DNA of 62,981 bases, the filler included, from Phoronis australis (Eukaryota; Animalia; Phoronida), in the NCBI GenBank assembly GCA_002633005.1. It is 6 parts of 6 records of this genome, joined end to end, with 100 filler letters (N's around TTAATTAATTAA, not from the genome) between each part and the next. Parts side by side here need not be neighbours in the genome. Positions count along the whole stretch, not along the records: positions 19,941 to 29,020 come from NMRA01000293.1; positions 29,121 to 45,586 come from NMRA01000146.1; 4 more parts are not named here. One strand, 5' to 3'. Below are positions 26,423 through 40,197 of this stretch, piece after piece; positions within the stretch are counted from its first letter, which is position 1; each line of letters begins with the position of its first letter. The notes beneath the pieces were generated by a model, which had not been told where the DNA came from, made no database searches, and saw only the letters and a list, made by a program, of their open reading frames with translations. The position numbers were made by a program, and so were the translations under genes.

Positions 26423-29020
26423 AAACACATTGACGTGTGGAGGTCATATTTTGATATGTGTTGGAAATATTTTGTACCATTATTTTCCTTTGACATGCCA
26501 TACAATCTAACAATTTTTGTGTAATTTTATTTATTGTGTTAAGTTTACCTTAGATGCATATATTTTAAATAAAACTGACAATACCACCTTCAATCTACTG
26601 AGGTTGTTTTTTTTTTTTTTTTTTTGAAGCCAGCTTGTTATTATAACTTTCTAAATATCGTTGATATACTCAATACAATATTACCATGTGTCAACTAGAT
26701 ATTATCGCAAGACCTCTTATTCCATTTTTGCTTTTGGGATAAGGTATGGCATCTTTTGAAGAGGTCTGGAGTGCGAAAAACATACTAAATTGCATTATTC
26801 AAAGTAATTCTCTGCCACTTAAACAGAATTCAACCTGTTCACCAGGTATTTTTACATTTTTTTTTTGTAAATATTTTGAATTTCTGTTGATGTTAAAGCA
26901 TTTTTCTTTTAATTTCAAATTTCAAAAATGACCTGTCAACTGCTGGTCAATTAGTGGATTTTTCTTTCACAATGAGGCAAAGCACGTCTACTTAGTGATA
27001 TGGCAAGAAGTAGACATGGCCTTTGATGTAAACAATTATTAGGGACTTGAAGCAACAGCCAGTCGATTAGAGGCAATTGGTGTAAGTCCTGTTCAAAATT
27101 AGTTATGAAATTGTACATGTGTATGTTCTAAAGTGCGCTTTAAACTCTTTGGAAAATCGCTTGCTTCACTGGCTTGCCTCATGCTGTGCTGCCGACCTCA
27201 GATCTGAGGTGCAATCACAAATGATAATCTGGGGTTAATATCCAATTTGCTGTTTGTTGAATTGCTGTGAGCGCATGCGTGCCTTTATCATCAGTAGGAG
27301 GGAGATGGAAACTGCAAAATTTTTCCTTCACACTAATTTCAAAAATCGTGAATTTTGTGATTTTTTTGGAAATTTCCTCACAGGAAATAACGAATAACTC
27401 TGTCACTTAAAGGTTGCATTTTGTAAGTGTTTAGCTGACCAAAAATGAAAATCAAAGGAGACCTTTTACTCTCATAAAAAATCAATTTCGACGCCCCTCG
27501 GTCGATAATTCTCCAAAATTCACTCGTGCTCTAGAATAGGGGGATAACAACTGAGAACATGTAATAATCTATCTTTATTCTATTCAAGTCACTGGCAATG
27601 CGTACTTGCATTATGCTCAAGTTGGCGATTTTAGGTCAGGCCAACCCCACTGTTTCTGATAGTTTAGATGCTCTTGTTGGTAATGGATCATAATCCTGTC
27701 ACGGTAAGGGATGTTATGAGACCAGTTTCATGAGAGTGAAAGGCCAAATTCAATTTTCTTTTTTTTGCCAGGTGAACAGGGCAAAATTAAGCTTTAAAAA
27801 TAGGTGGAAAACTTTTGTTTAAAATTTAGTTCAAATCTACACATGTGCTTATGCAATGAATTCTGTACTAAAGCTCGTGACAATTCTATGACGTCATACT
27901 TGTTTCTGTGGAACTTCTTTCTAATACTTGGCTTGTAAGTAATTTTAAAAACACCTTCGTTGCAATGGATCACAGTTCTCCAAATATCTTTTTTCACATG
28001 AAATTATGTATGTAGGGGTTAGTAATTTCGGCTGGACATTCTCCTCCCTGATTATGCCATGTTTTTTAAGAATTGATTTTTTTCACCAGGATCCCCGCAA
28101 CTCTGGCAAATCTTATAATATTCGCATGAACCATTGTGAATCATTTTTTCTGAATTATATCACCTGTAAAACTGTCGGTACTTGGCTCTCGCTTACAGTG
28201 GTGACCGCTCTGATTTCCTAAGCCCCAGACAACTTTTAGGATGCCTATTCAGCACGCCCTTTGTATTGATGTAGATCTAAGCTAATGAAGTGGAAAGGTA
28301 ATTTCTAGCATTACTGTCTCAACAATGGTTGCTGTTAGTATCCCCAATTTGGTTTCCTCTGACATTTGCAGAGTTATAGCCTGCAGCTCTGGAGAGTAGT
28401 TTTAACTTGGTACGTTATAAATATTACAAAATGACTAAAAAGGTTAACTTGTGATTATCTTCACAAAGGGCCACTTCCCAAAGGGACGATAGGTTTCATA
28501 TTGGTTTTCTTTATTTAATTTTTAATGCTTCTGCACATGGATCTATAGCCTTCTTAGCTATAATTTTCAGCTGTGAGGTGGCGTGATACTGAGCTAGTCG
28601 TGGAGATTGCGGGTTGCGGTCAAGCTTCGAGATTAGGGCAAAGTTACAATATAAATTAACAAATAAACGAAAACGCTCTTTTTAGGCACACGATTTGCAG
28701 CAGCTGTCCGATATTCATTGCAAAGAAGAAGGGGACACTGACGAATTCCAGATAAGTATGTAGTTATTCCTGATTGTCTATAGGTGGCGCTTAACAGGGA
28801 AGAGTGTACTCAAAGTGCAGTCAGCGAGCGAGGGCCTATGGCAATGCCTGAAAGCAACCGAAGCGTGGGGGTCTTCTATATTACTATGAAAGGACCCTTC
28901 CAGAATTTCTTGCTTATGCCATTTTGATAAGAATAGGTTATTTAAAGTAACATGCTATTAAACATATTTAAAAAAATATTGCAACTGTTGTAATGAAATT
29001 GTTCTTCTGAAATCTATAAG

Positions 29021-29120
29021 NNNNNNNNNNNNNNNNNNNNNNNNNNNNNNNNNNNNNNNNNNNNTTAATTAATTAANNNNNNNNNNNNNNNNNNNNNNNN
29101 NNNNNNNNNNNNNNNNNNNN
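29021..29120. other. Artificial contig spacer
   Basis: 44 N + TTAATTAATTAA + 44 N. Confidence 0.97.
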
Positions 29121-31140
29121 TAGAGCCTTTCTGATGTTGAAGGTGGGCACATATCTTACTTTTACTTGGCCTCCATCTGATTCCATGCTGAGATCGACGA
29201 TTTTCACAAACTGGGGGGTGGGGGGCAAACTGTTGTAAACAAGCCCACTCTCACCCTGGCAAGAATCAGCTGCCACTTTCAGTTTCAACATTGTCACTGA
29301 ACGGAACTGGGTCGGTGACTTTAACATATTTCAGATGGCTTGCTATGGACTTGCTGCAATCAGTTAGTGCTTCAATTGGTTGCTGCATGGTTTCGATATT
29401 CCTTTGAAGCTCCATAAACCAGATTTGAAGGATTATGACAACGAACACACTATATTAACTACTTCCACCGCGTCGCACTTCCACCACCTCATCAGCCATT
29501 TTTTCTTCAGTGATATCAGAGACACCTGAAGGGCTCTTCATCAAAAGGGTAATTCACAGTAAAAAAAAAACAAAACAAAAAAATAATAATTTTATAGAAT
29601 TTTATTTGCTAAAAAATAATCCCAACAATTTAACAGCCATTTGAGCACTTTTAAATCTCAAAACTCAACATTTTCGATGACTAGTAGCTATTGTCACAAG
29701 TGCTCACTTTGGCTGAGGTGGCTGCGAACAATTGCTAATTACTATATGAAGACATGTGTTTGCCGGTGGTTTTGATGCCAAATATCTATTCTACTAAGAT
29801 AGATCAAACCCACGATTAAGTTTCAAAGTGTAAAATTTGGCTTCAGCTGAGATTGACTCATTCAAACCTGGGCAAGTTATCCATGTTTTCTGTTTGTATG
29901 ACCCAATGACCCTTCAAACCCCAAAATGTGGAATTTAAGGTGCAACTTGACACTTATATTTTTCATTTTTAGGAAGACAATGGATGACTTTATACAAAAC
30001 AGTAGCTATTTCATTTTCTAGTAGCTTCTGTAATTACTTACAATGTCACAAAAACTGTGATTATTGGGGTAAGTTCTGATAGTGGTTTTCAGTGAAAACT
30101 GAGGTACCCGACTTTTAAGCTACCTAACGCGATAGAATTTGTTTAAAGTGCATTTTAGTAATTACCATAAGAAAGTAAACAAAAATGCATAATATGATCC
30201 AAATCCGTCACATAGGGTTTATCCCCCCTGCATGGATTTTTGCCTGGTCTGAAGTGTACTGCACTCTTAAGTGATTTAATTGTGATTGTCTGCATAATAC
30301 ACTACCTGTAAACTGTTTTACTTAAATCACCAAACTTCTTATTAAAATGTCGCTTCTCATATGGCTTGCCACTACGAAACAAAACTTTACCTTTGTTTTG
30401 AAATGCTGTCACAGATTTCACAGACATGCAAATACAAGTAAGGCTATTTCGACCCATTGCGTAAAAGTGGGATCAACATTAAAAACGTGTAACCTTTAGA
30501 TAAAATTTCCTCATTGAAGTGAATTTAAGATTTTGAATCCATAAAAAGGGCGCGCCTTCTATAATTCCTTCACTTTCATGTGAGGTAACAGCTGCTTGGT
30601 GAAAATGTACAACTTATTTGTGCATGTCTGATTGGATTCCATCGTTTTCAAAGTAGGTCGCATATCCGCACGTACAGAGTTTTCGTAAGGAATTGACATA
30701 CTTTGTTCTCTATTCGTGCAACACATGAAGGTTAGTGAGTAAGCTATTGTAATATTGTTACTCTTTTCAAATTGCAGTCAATTCAAATAAAGGTTTGACT
30801 AACTAAGGGTTGTTTTAGTAAATTGCTCCAACTGAAATGTATGACTTAGCCTGCCGCCTGTGATTGCAACTCCCTACTATATCCGCTCTTGCGCATTTTG
30901 TTCCCAGGAGTTCGGATGGTGAGAACAGTGTAGATTTATCTCGGCTTCAACACTTTCATTGATGAAATAGAGCACGTCGAAGAGAAATATCTTCTACCAG
31001 AAGATTCGAGAATAAGACAAATCGATTTTTTCAAGAAACTCCGTATACTCCACACGATTCACGGAATGAAACATTACATACATGCATACCTTGACTGGCA
31101 CAGGTTTATCTCCATGCACGTTCAGTCGCCTTTTCCAGGT

Positions 31141-31325
31141 TCAAGTATCATAGCTGGAATAGTCACTAGTGTTCAATTTGTAGCACATGATAACTATTGC
31201 GACAAAAAGGAGGAAACCGACGGACGCGAAGACTATCCATCTCGCAGCGCCATCAGTAAAAAATCTTTCGAGTGTCCCTTTTTTCTTGTCAGGCCGTTTG
31301 TCATTTTCACTTTCATGTTTGGCAC
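31141..31325 (-). CDS. Probable terminal exon encoding a TM helix and short Tyr-containing tail; candidate 3' end of the FN3 gene
   Basis: Pyrimidine-rich TTTCTCTTGTTAG acceptor, phase 1 like the FN3 exons; ...ARWIVFASVGFLLFVAIVIMCYKLNTSDYSSYDT*. Confidence 0.6.
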
Positions 31326-31657
31326 CTAACAAGAGAAAGATTACTTCAGTTTAGCCGTCCCGATACCAACTGTGCTCCTTCGCGTACCGCTAGGGCCATC
31401 GAACTGGCAGTCCTTATGTGCTTTTCCCACGGAATACGTTATCTTCCTCGTCAACGGCACATGTACTCAATAGCAGAGAACAGACTCCGATACAGTGTCC
31501 AACGACAGAGAGCAAACTGACATTCAATTTGCGCCTTCACTGAGATACAATGCGGTTCGTGAGCAATAAATGGCAGTTCAGTTACTAAAATTGTATGCAG
31601 TTAATGAGAAAAACAATACCGAAGATGAGGTTAGAAGAATGTAATAGTCAGAGAACT

Positions 31658-31889
31658 CAGGGTCCTCTTCCAAGAAACCGACTTAAGTTCATTTTTACCT
31701 GCTGTCTAAGATTTGTCCTTAATATTTTAAAACTTCTTCATCGAGTAAGTTAGTCAAAATTAAGACATAACTTAAGTCACACTTAAGATCTCTTAGTTCA
31801 AAATGACCTGAGACGAATTTAAATTATATCTTAAAATTGGCTGAAATTTAAGATTTTTCTTCGCAAAGTCATTTTGGAACGGGCACCTG
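31658..31889. mobile_element. TTAAG-rich MITE
   Basis: Imperfect TIRs CAGGGTCCTCTTCCAA / TTGGAACGGGCACCTG and a palindromic interior. Confidence 0.55.
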
Positions 31890-34337
31890 AGCTTTAAAAG
31901 CGCTAAAAAAGGATCAGTGACTGATGTCACCTGTCAATTTAATGTCGATATTTTTCACCTTGTTAATACATGTATGAAATCAGTTCAAGTGTAAACAAGG
32001 TCCCACGTTTAATTTTCCAGTAGTTTGCCAAAAGGGAAACATTGACAATGTTGGAATTCAAAGCTCGTGTTCAATCTGTCTCTGAACATAAAATATGGAA
32101 TGAAACAATCTAACATGCATCTTTAAAACCTATCGATTACTTTTAACGAAAACAGCGAGATAAATGGTCTTAAATGTAAATTTCTAAAATCACAACGCCA
32201 CCCAGATGTCTTTTTTAGCATACGAAAAGTAGTATACGAAAAAGTGTGGTGTGTATACAGGGATTAAGACAATTTCCAAATATTCAAGAGCATAATTAAG
32301 GAGCACCGACGGGGCGTAAAAACTTGAATATCCGATGATCGCGTAACAGCAGCCTCAAGTTGTTTAAGAACGAAGACTTGTACTGTTAGTCCGGAAATAA
32401 ACATGTGTTCTGTCTCGTTACGAGAAAAAATGGCGAACGATGGTGCTCTCAACTCATAGTCTATTATCAAAAGCGACAATAAATAATTAAGTATCACTTT
32501 ATTAAGCTGAATCACGTTAACAACAATTGAAAAACGTCAAATCTATCAGGAAACAAATCATCTGAAAACAGTTTCACGAAACCAAGACATCCTGTGCACA
32601 GTGGCGAAACGATACACTGGACTAGTTTACAGAGGGACCAGAAGTACACTGAAACTCAACATCTACACAAACCAAGCTGGCCTGGTCCGTGGCGAGACCT
32701 AATGTGTACTATGCAAAAAATTTTGAATTGAAAACTTCTCTCTAAAATTTTAATCCCCAGTGGTTACTCATACGTTAGTCCTATCCTTCTGTTGTCTAGA
32801 CTGCCGAAGAATTTGTATATCGGATCCAATGATTTGCTCGTCTTGGAATCATTGTACCCATATATCTTCGATGTTTGTTCCCAACGCTTGTATTTGGTCA
32901 ACGGCTGTGTCAATGAGCTTGTAAGCCTCTACAATGTCAGCATCTCGTTTCGCAGCTCAGTTGACACTAAGACCATTGAGGTTGCCAAGTCCATTCGAAA
33001 GACTTACATGCGCAACTAGATTTGATCCGTTCATCATGGACTACTTCAAACCTTGACAAAGCATCCCAGGACCTATTTGCATCTCTGGCAATTTTCGAAA
33101 TAAACGTCCCAATGTCTGAACGCCTGAAACCCGAAGTACTAATATCAAATAAATGCCCATGGGCATGAGCGTTTCATCGGGTGAGCCTTTCTGCGGAAAT
33201 TCCTAGTATAGAAGACGGCAGTGTGCTTATTGCAGGTAGACAGACGGTAGGTGTTAAGGTCGGAACTGGGGCTCCTTGGGAGGCCTATTTAACATCGCAC
33301 GAGTCCCGCAAGACTTTGTTGTGAAATAACAGCCTCCCCGCAATTTCTGGTACTGTACACTTTTCGCGAATGCGGTCACTTTCTCAATGTGAGTGCCCCC
33401 TTGGTCATTCCTTGTATAGACATAACTTGTTATAGAGTGTGTCTTCAAACGGACTCGCGACCAGACCATGGCGCCCGCCACAATAGCAATTCTTCGGAAA
33501 AAGAATTTTTTTCAAAAATATTACATGTACATGTACACAATATTACATGTACATGTACACTGCATGATATTGCGCAAGACAACTTTTACTATACATCAGT
33601 TACAAACGTGTGGACTGTAATAGAATGACAAGGCATAACAGATGAGGTAAAAACGTTGCACGTCAATTCGCCTGAATATCAGGGTTGCGGCACCGCAGTA
33701 TTTCCCCTAATCAAATCAAAACATATCTTAGAGTAAAGAAGCTAGTTACCTAAAGAAATCAGCTATAGAACTGCTTTTTCAGCGGTGAATCAATCTAAAC
33801 TGCTTGGCTACTTCAGTAGTGTCGACGGAAGCGCGAGCACAATAAATCCCCGCGCGTTTTGCCGATGAGCCACAAAGACTCAGCAATTCACAATGCAAAA
33901 AACTATATTTTCAGAGTGAACCCCCCCTCTCAATTTTTTCCAATTTGGTTTACTTGGGGTTTACACACGCTGGCGGTGCCGTTTTTGCTTTGCTGGAGAC
34001 GCTTTTGTTTTGTTTTTTTTTTAATTTTTGGGTCCTGGCCGAGGGGGGGGGTTTAAAAGTTGATCCCTTTCCAAAACTGACCGCCGCGGTGCCAGTTGCT
34101 CCTTGTCAATCGCAAATACACAGACACGTTTACTCGATAAGTTGTTCCGTCTTAGATAATCCGTGTCAATTACCTCTCTTGTAAATGCGACCTACTTCAC
34201 ACGATGGCGACCGCAGAACCAAAAAGTACCGAGAGTGTATACAACAATCAACAGATCAGTCAAAAAGCAAGCTGGTGCTGTTTAATTCTCCATAGGCGAT
34301 ATTTGCCAACAGATTGTGTCCATGGATCACTTCCTGC

Positions 34338-34594
34338 CTAGAAGCAATAACTAACTTTCATCGATGGCGAAACTACGTCAACCCATCCTGCCTTAACTGG
34401 TGTTATGGCAACAGTGTACTCAGTTCCAGGAGTTAAGTCTGTACAACGTGTTTTGGTAGCAGCCGTATCTACTGTAAAGTGTTGAGATACGCACGAAACT
34501 TTGTAGCCGTCTTTACTTCCGGCTGCTGCCCTCCAACTGACATCAACTGTTGTCTCACCTCCCACCAGATTGACAATAGAAGCTGTAGCTAGTC
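34338..34594 (-). CDS. Fibronectin type III exon copy lacking the paralogous donor site (reads on to TAG)
   Basis: LATASIVNLVGGETTVDVSWRAAAGSKDGYKVSC...DLTPGTEYTVAITPVK...SPSMKVSYCF*; a small deletion relative to the 38715 copy removes the phase-1 donor. Confidence 0.75.
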
Positions 34595-35067
34595 CTGGAA
34601 TGGTAGAAACAGTAAAGAAGAACAAATTAGATACTCGATATGCGGCCACTTGTCACAAGAATGCATATTACTAGTTACATTTGTTTGAAAATTAGCCGCT
34701 GTTGACTTATTTGGTCACTGCACAATTTCACAAAATCACACAAGTTGTCAAGTGCATTTTCGAATACGTCTCAGAGTCAACGGTAACTGAAACTAGGATA
34801 GGCAGCACTACCCCGATTTTTTAACGTGATGGGTTTATTCTATATTTCCTGTATGACATAACTCATTGCATTTTTACATGATATCGCAAAGTGCAAGTCG
34901 TTTCCAAAAACCCCCAAAAACCACAATTGTGTAAAGCATCCACCCCATTTCTGCGAAAGCTAACCACATCTGTCCAATCTTTGACAGGTACAAACTTGAT
35001 GACTTAATGTGTCCGATATGGGCCACGTTTTACTGACGGTCAGGATCAGGTAGCAACAAACACGCAC

Positions 35068-35316
35068 CCGTTTTAACTGTCTTTGACGTTGAAACTATAT
35101 CAACCCATCCCTCCTTCACTGTTGTTACGGTAACAGCATATTCATTACCAGGAGTCAAACCGGAACAAGTTTTGTTGGTAGCAGCCTTATCAACAGTTAA
35201 GTGTTTGGTACCGCATGAAACTTTGTATCCGTCTTTATTTCCAGCCAATGCTGTCCAGCTGACATCAATCGTTGTCTCGCTTCCCACCAGATTGGTAATA
35301 TTAGCTGCACTTTGCT
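35068..35316 (-). CDS. Fibronectin type III exon (249 nt, phase 1-1), intact
   Basis: TIDVSWTALAGNKDGYKVSC...GLTPGNEYAVTVTT carries the W, Y and LxPxxxY FN3 hallmarks; AG/GT boundaries present. Confidence 0.88.
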
Positions 35317-38300
35317 CTGGGAAGGTAGACACAAGGGTAAAAAGCTTAAAGAAGAACAGCACAGAACAATACTTTGCACTAACCGTGGGCCTTGCAGACA
35401 CTACAGATAAAACTTCAGTGGCTGTCGGATCCGTTGTAAAGACGTTATTATGTGGAGCCACCTTTCCTTGGAACGCACTTGTCAATTGCCACGAGCACGG
35501 GCGTTAGGATATACGGTTTTGAACACCAAAGCGATGGGTGCTTGGCAGATATGACGGCAATTTGAGGCCACAAAGGTAAAATAAAGTGAAAAATGAACGT
35601 CTTACATTACTTGGATGTATCATGTTAGTGTTAATCTGGAAACATCACTCGTCACGATCTTTCATCATATTGTTTTTTTCTGGGCTGACCTGGCTCCAAA
35701 AAATAAGATTTTGTTGCGTCACGAGTCTATTCAAGCAAACAAAAATGGAGCAACTCGCCGAAACCCTGTAATATGGATAAAAAACTTGGGGATTTGCGGG
35801 ATTGATTAAAATTCTTTAAAATGGATGGCTGAACAAATAAAAATAGATCATTCCCTGCATTGATGCATCCTAATTTTCCACAGTCCAAAACTAATGCTAA
35901 CCTAGTTATATTCCAGCTTTGTGGACCACTTTCCCTGACTGAAAGCGCAAGCACGTCAAAATTCTGGGAAATAAGTTGTTTTCTGTACTAGGCAGTTGAC
36001 GCTGTTTTCCACGTGACAAAACAACGCTAAGAAGATGCATGCGCATCAGCCGGTTTGTGGTTTGCCACCTAACGATCTTCTTAACTTAAATGTAAAAGTT
36101 ATAAAAATGACAAGATATGTACATGTAGTTTTGTCCATAGCCATTATGCATGAAACTGTGTGATTTGATTTTTGTCAGTCTTAAGAAGTCTTATCAAGAA
36201 AAACATTAGGCCGTATTAGCCGTAGACATAATTATCAGGTTTTGATGTCGTTGGTGCGCCAAATAACCGAGAGAACCGAAGTCGTTCTTTCACCAAGTTT
36301 TTGCACTCTTTGAAGTTTTGGACTGTGTGTAATCATTTTATAGCACAAATGTAATTAAAGGAACACTCGTTTTTGGAAATAGTTGAGGAAACTGAAATGG
36401 ACAAGTGATGTTTTTATTAATTCCCTCTACGTAATGGTATCTATAGAAGACATTGATCAGTTAACAGCGTAACCATATGCAATGGCGGATTGCAGTGATT
36501 CTGTCAGTTTTGAAGACCTAGAGAACGAGCTGGACGTGTACAACCATGGGGATGGGGGTGAATAGGACAATCAGTCTATAGGTGACTTATGCAAGGAGTT
36601 ACACCTCACCATATCTGCTGGCTTTGCGTGTTCGAGGTCTTAACAACTTGACCAAAATTCAGTAGTTAATGCCGTGTTCGCGGAAAGACCTTGTGTTTTA
36701 GATACCAGGTTTTTCATGGAAAAAACGCATCTTTCCTAGTAAAGTGGATTACTTTGATAGCGATTAAAAGTGAAATTATGATGCGAGCTGTTTCGACACT
36801 TTCTGATATGTGTCGCATTTTCCTCCAGAGTTTTAAATTAGAATCACAATACATAAGTTCTTTCACTTTGTCTTTCAACCTACTTAAATGCTATTGGCTG
36901 CATATTACACTACCTTTCATCTCTGCTACTTCAATAATCAGCTCTTTTAATAAGTTGACGTTCCTCATGTGGCTTGTCACTAACTGCGAAACAAAGAGTT
37001 GACCAATTACGAATGCCTGCACTTGAGAATCGGAGTAATCTGGGAAATTGACTGGTCACAAATTTCAACATTCGTGTCAAATTATTATCTCCTGGGTTCA
37101 CGTAACTCGAAAAACATTAAAATTTGTTGCGTAAAGATTCTTTTCGTAAAAAATAAACAAAAACAAAACAAAACAAGCAATTCGCCTCAACTGTTGCACC
37201 ATCCTTGCTCATCTAGTTAACCATGTTCCAGTATTAATAAAAGGATTAAATATATCGGAACAAAAACCAATACAACATTGTTTGCATTGATGCATCTAAC
37301 AACAAGCCAGTTAATGTAAATCACTGAAGGCAGTTGATGCCGTTTTCTCAAGTTATATATTGACAAAAGAAGGCAGTTAAGACGTTCTGGTTTCACTGCT
37401 TAACGATGGGTTTAAAGCGTTTATGTTAAAAATGGCCATTTGTTGTGGTGTTTGTGATACGTGCTGTATATAAGTACTACACTAATTTATTTTCGTCTCT
37501 TTTTAACCCAGGGAAACTTAAGTCACATTCCTTAAGCAAACATGGTGGAGTTTCATCTGGTTGTTGCTCGTTCCATTCAGACTCATCGCGCTGCTCCCTT
37601 CATGTCTATACGTGCGTCGAGTTGTTACCTGTGCTAAGTTGCAAAATCAGCTTGGAGTAATATCTTAAGGACTCTCTTGAACAGTAACATTTGTATATGG
37701 TTCCTACATTAAATGAAAATTGCCAAATTTTAAGAACTGGTAGGCGTATTGGATTTCTTTTTTTTGCACCACCGCTCCAAACTACAACCGCACGCAATTG
37801 CGTTCTATTCAGACCACTATTCAATACAACTGTTATTCGCTTTTTGTTGTTTGTATTAGGATCTCGCGGTGATGCAACAAGGCACGAAAAGACAGCTTCA
37901 CCTATCATTTGATGGACTTACATTTTGCGTAATTGATCTTGCTTTTTCTTATTTTACTAAGGCTTTGCTATGGCTATCTGGTTAGCCGCTACATCTAAAA
38001 TAACACGATTCCGTTAAAGTTAGGCTTTAATAGCATCCATATAAACAGTGACATCAGAATGGCAACTGATCTGGTGAATGAGAGAAAGCTAAAATGAGAC
38101 GATTTATAATGCTATTAACGCCAAGTAGAATAATTTCACTGTGTTTCTAACCGTTTTGTTTTCAGGAAACTCCCTATTCTGCACGAGATTCACGGGAGGA
38201 ACGTTTACCTAGACTGGAAAAAGGCTAGTGTCCATGGTCGCTAAGTCGCTTATTCGAGGTTCAACTATCAGAGCTGGATTGGTAACTATTGTGCAACTCT

Positions 38301-38714
38301 GGCGCAAAACAAAAGCGCCAACCGAACCAAAGAATATCGACCTCGCCAAGCTTTCAGGAAAATGCTATGCTTGAAACCATGAAACGGAACTAGAATATCG
38401 CTTTAAATTCACGCCTGTAAACACACCTGCGAGTAAAAAATATCTGCCTCCTGGGATGATGCAGTGTACCGATTTTTCCAAAAGAGATGGGTGATTTCAC
38501 ATCTCCAATACCTAGAAGCAATATATAATTCATCAATATTTTTACACGACGCCATACATTATTTAGCGACTGCGGTACCAAAAAGTGCTGAAAGGATACG
38601 AAAAATTCAATAGATCTATTTCAAAGCAATCTGGTGCACAACCCTTCATAGGAGATATTTGCCACCGAATTGTATCCATGGATAACTTTGTGCCTAGCAG
38701 CAACAAACACTTAC

Positions 38715-38963
38715 GCGTTTTAACTTTCTTCGATGATGAAACTACGTCAACCCACCCTGACTTAACTGTTTTTATGGTAACAGCGTACTCAGTTCCAGGA
38801 GTCAAACCAAAACAACATATCTTGGTAGCAGCCTTATTGACGGTAAATTTTTGAGATACGCAAGAAACTTTATAGCCGTCTTTACTTCCAGCTGCTGCTT
38901 TCCGAATGACATCAACTGTTGCCTCACCTCCCACCAGATTGACAATAGTAGCTGTAGCTAGTT
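38715..38963 (-). CDS. Fibronectin type III exon (249 nt, phase 1-1), conserved Trp lost
   Basis: VDVIRKAAAGSKDGYKVSC...GLTPGTEYAVTIKT; SW replaced by IR; GTAAGT donor intact. Confidence 0.82.
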
Positions 38964-40037
38964 CTGGAAAGGTAGACGCAGAGGTATAACGTGTAAAGAA
39001 GCACTAACTAGAACATTGATATGCGCCTACTGTGTGCAATGCAAACACCACCAAACTTGTCGCAAGAACGCACATCACTTTTGACAGCTGTGGGAAAATT
39101 AGCATTTGCCGTCTTATGTGTTTATTGCTAATTTTCACAAAATTACAGTCGTCCAATGCACTTTCGTATATATGTGGGAACAAAAGATAACTGCGACTAG
39201 GGGGAGAAGCACTGTACCGATTCTGTATCGTGCATGAATATTCGTCAAACGTGTGAATTGCTAACAACACTTGTCACAACTATTAGTCACGGTTGTGGGA
39301 TAGTTATCAACTGCCTTCTTATTTGTCCAATACTCAAAATCATACACGTTGTAAATGGTATCAAAGACCCTAAGAAGTCTATTCGCAAAGGCCGCCGCCA
39401 TTATTGTGTCATGGAGTGTGGCGACACCAAGCGGGTGCGTGTGGGCCAACGAAGTACGCAAGGCATTCACTATGGCCGATCTTAGTTTGCCAAATTCAAA
39501 ATTATCAATGAAGTATCTTTGTTTAAAATATTGAAAACAAAAAACACGTGCACTGTAATGGAAAAATACACATAGGCAAAATATAGAGTAAACCAAGAAA
39601 AAATTTGGGCAGCAAAGGTAATATAAATTACAAGAAATAAATCATAAGCAAGAGGGAGATTCAGTAGTAAGAGCTGAGCTGATGAAAGGAGGTTATTGGA
39701 GAATGTGCAGGTACCTAACCTGTAGTATTTTGTCCAGGGGGGTCAGGAATGTAATAAACATCAAATGCATCTGCTGAAGAAGAGATAGGAGTGGGGGCTG
39801 CCCCTCAACCAATTGAAAGGTTGGGGGCAGAGATAGCTTTCTTCCCCCAATATCCCAGGTGTTAATATCAATTAATTAACAATTAATTATGTAAGCTTCT
39901 AACACACAAACTTTGTTTAAAAATAAAATGGAGAAATTAGTAGATCTTTCTTTCGAAAATTCACATCTTAAAGACGTTCTAGATTCAAGCAGTTGTGTCT
40001 GCACATTTACATGAAACTGTCCCAAATATCGACCCAA

Positions 40038-40197
40038 CAGGGTCATATCCAGGATTTTTTAAAGGGGGGGTCGGATAATGATTTTTTAAGAAAGGTGGCC
40101 CAAGTCAACAATTTGAAAATTCTAGCATTGATATCACTACAATCGAGGAAAATGGGGGGTCCAGACCCCTTTAACCTGCCACCCTGGATCTGCCTGT
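40038..40197. mobile_element. Small GGATCC-type MITE relic
   Basis: CAGGGTCATATCCAGG ... CCTGGATCTGCCTG imperfect termini with G/C runs; related ends at ~62720-62800. Confidence 0.55.

Noticed and set aside
29121-29500. Coding-like minus-strand stretch at the contig start
   Set aside because: Stops in all frames and no recognisable motif.
32774-33123. Possible minus-strand exons between the FN3 and TM exons
   Set aside because: Candidate splice phases are mutually inconsistent and no domain is recognisable.
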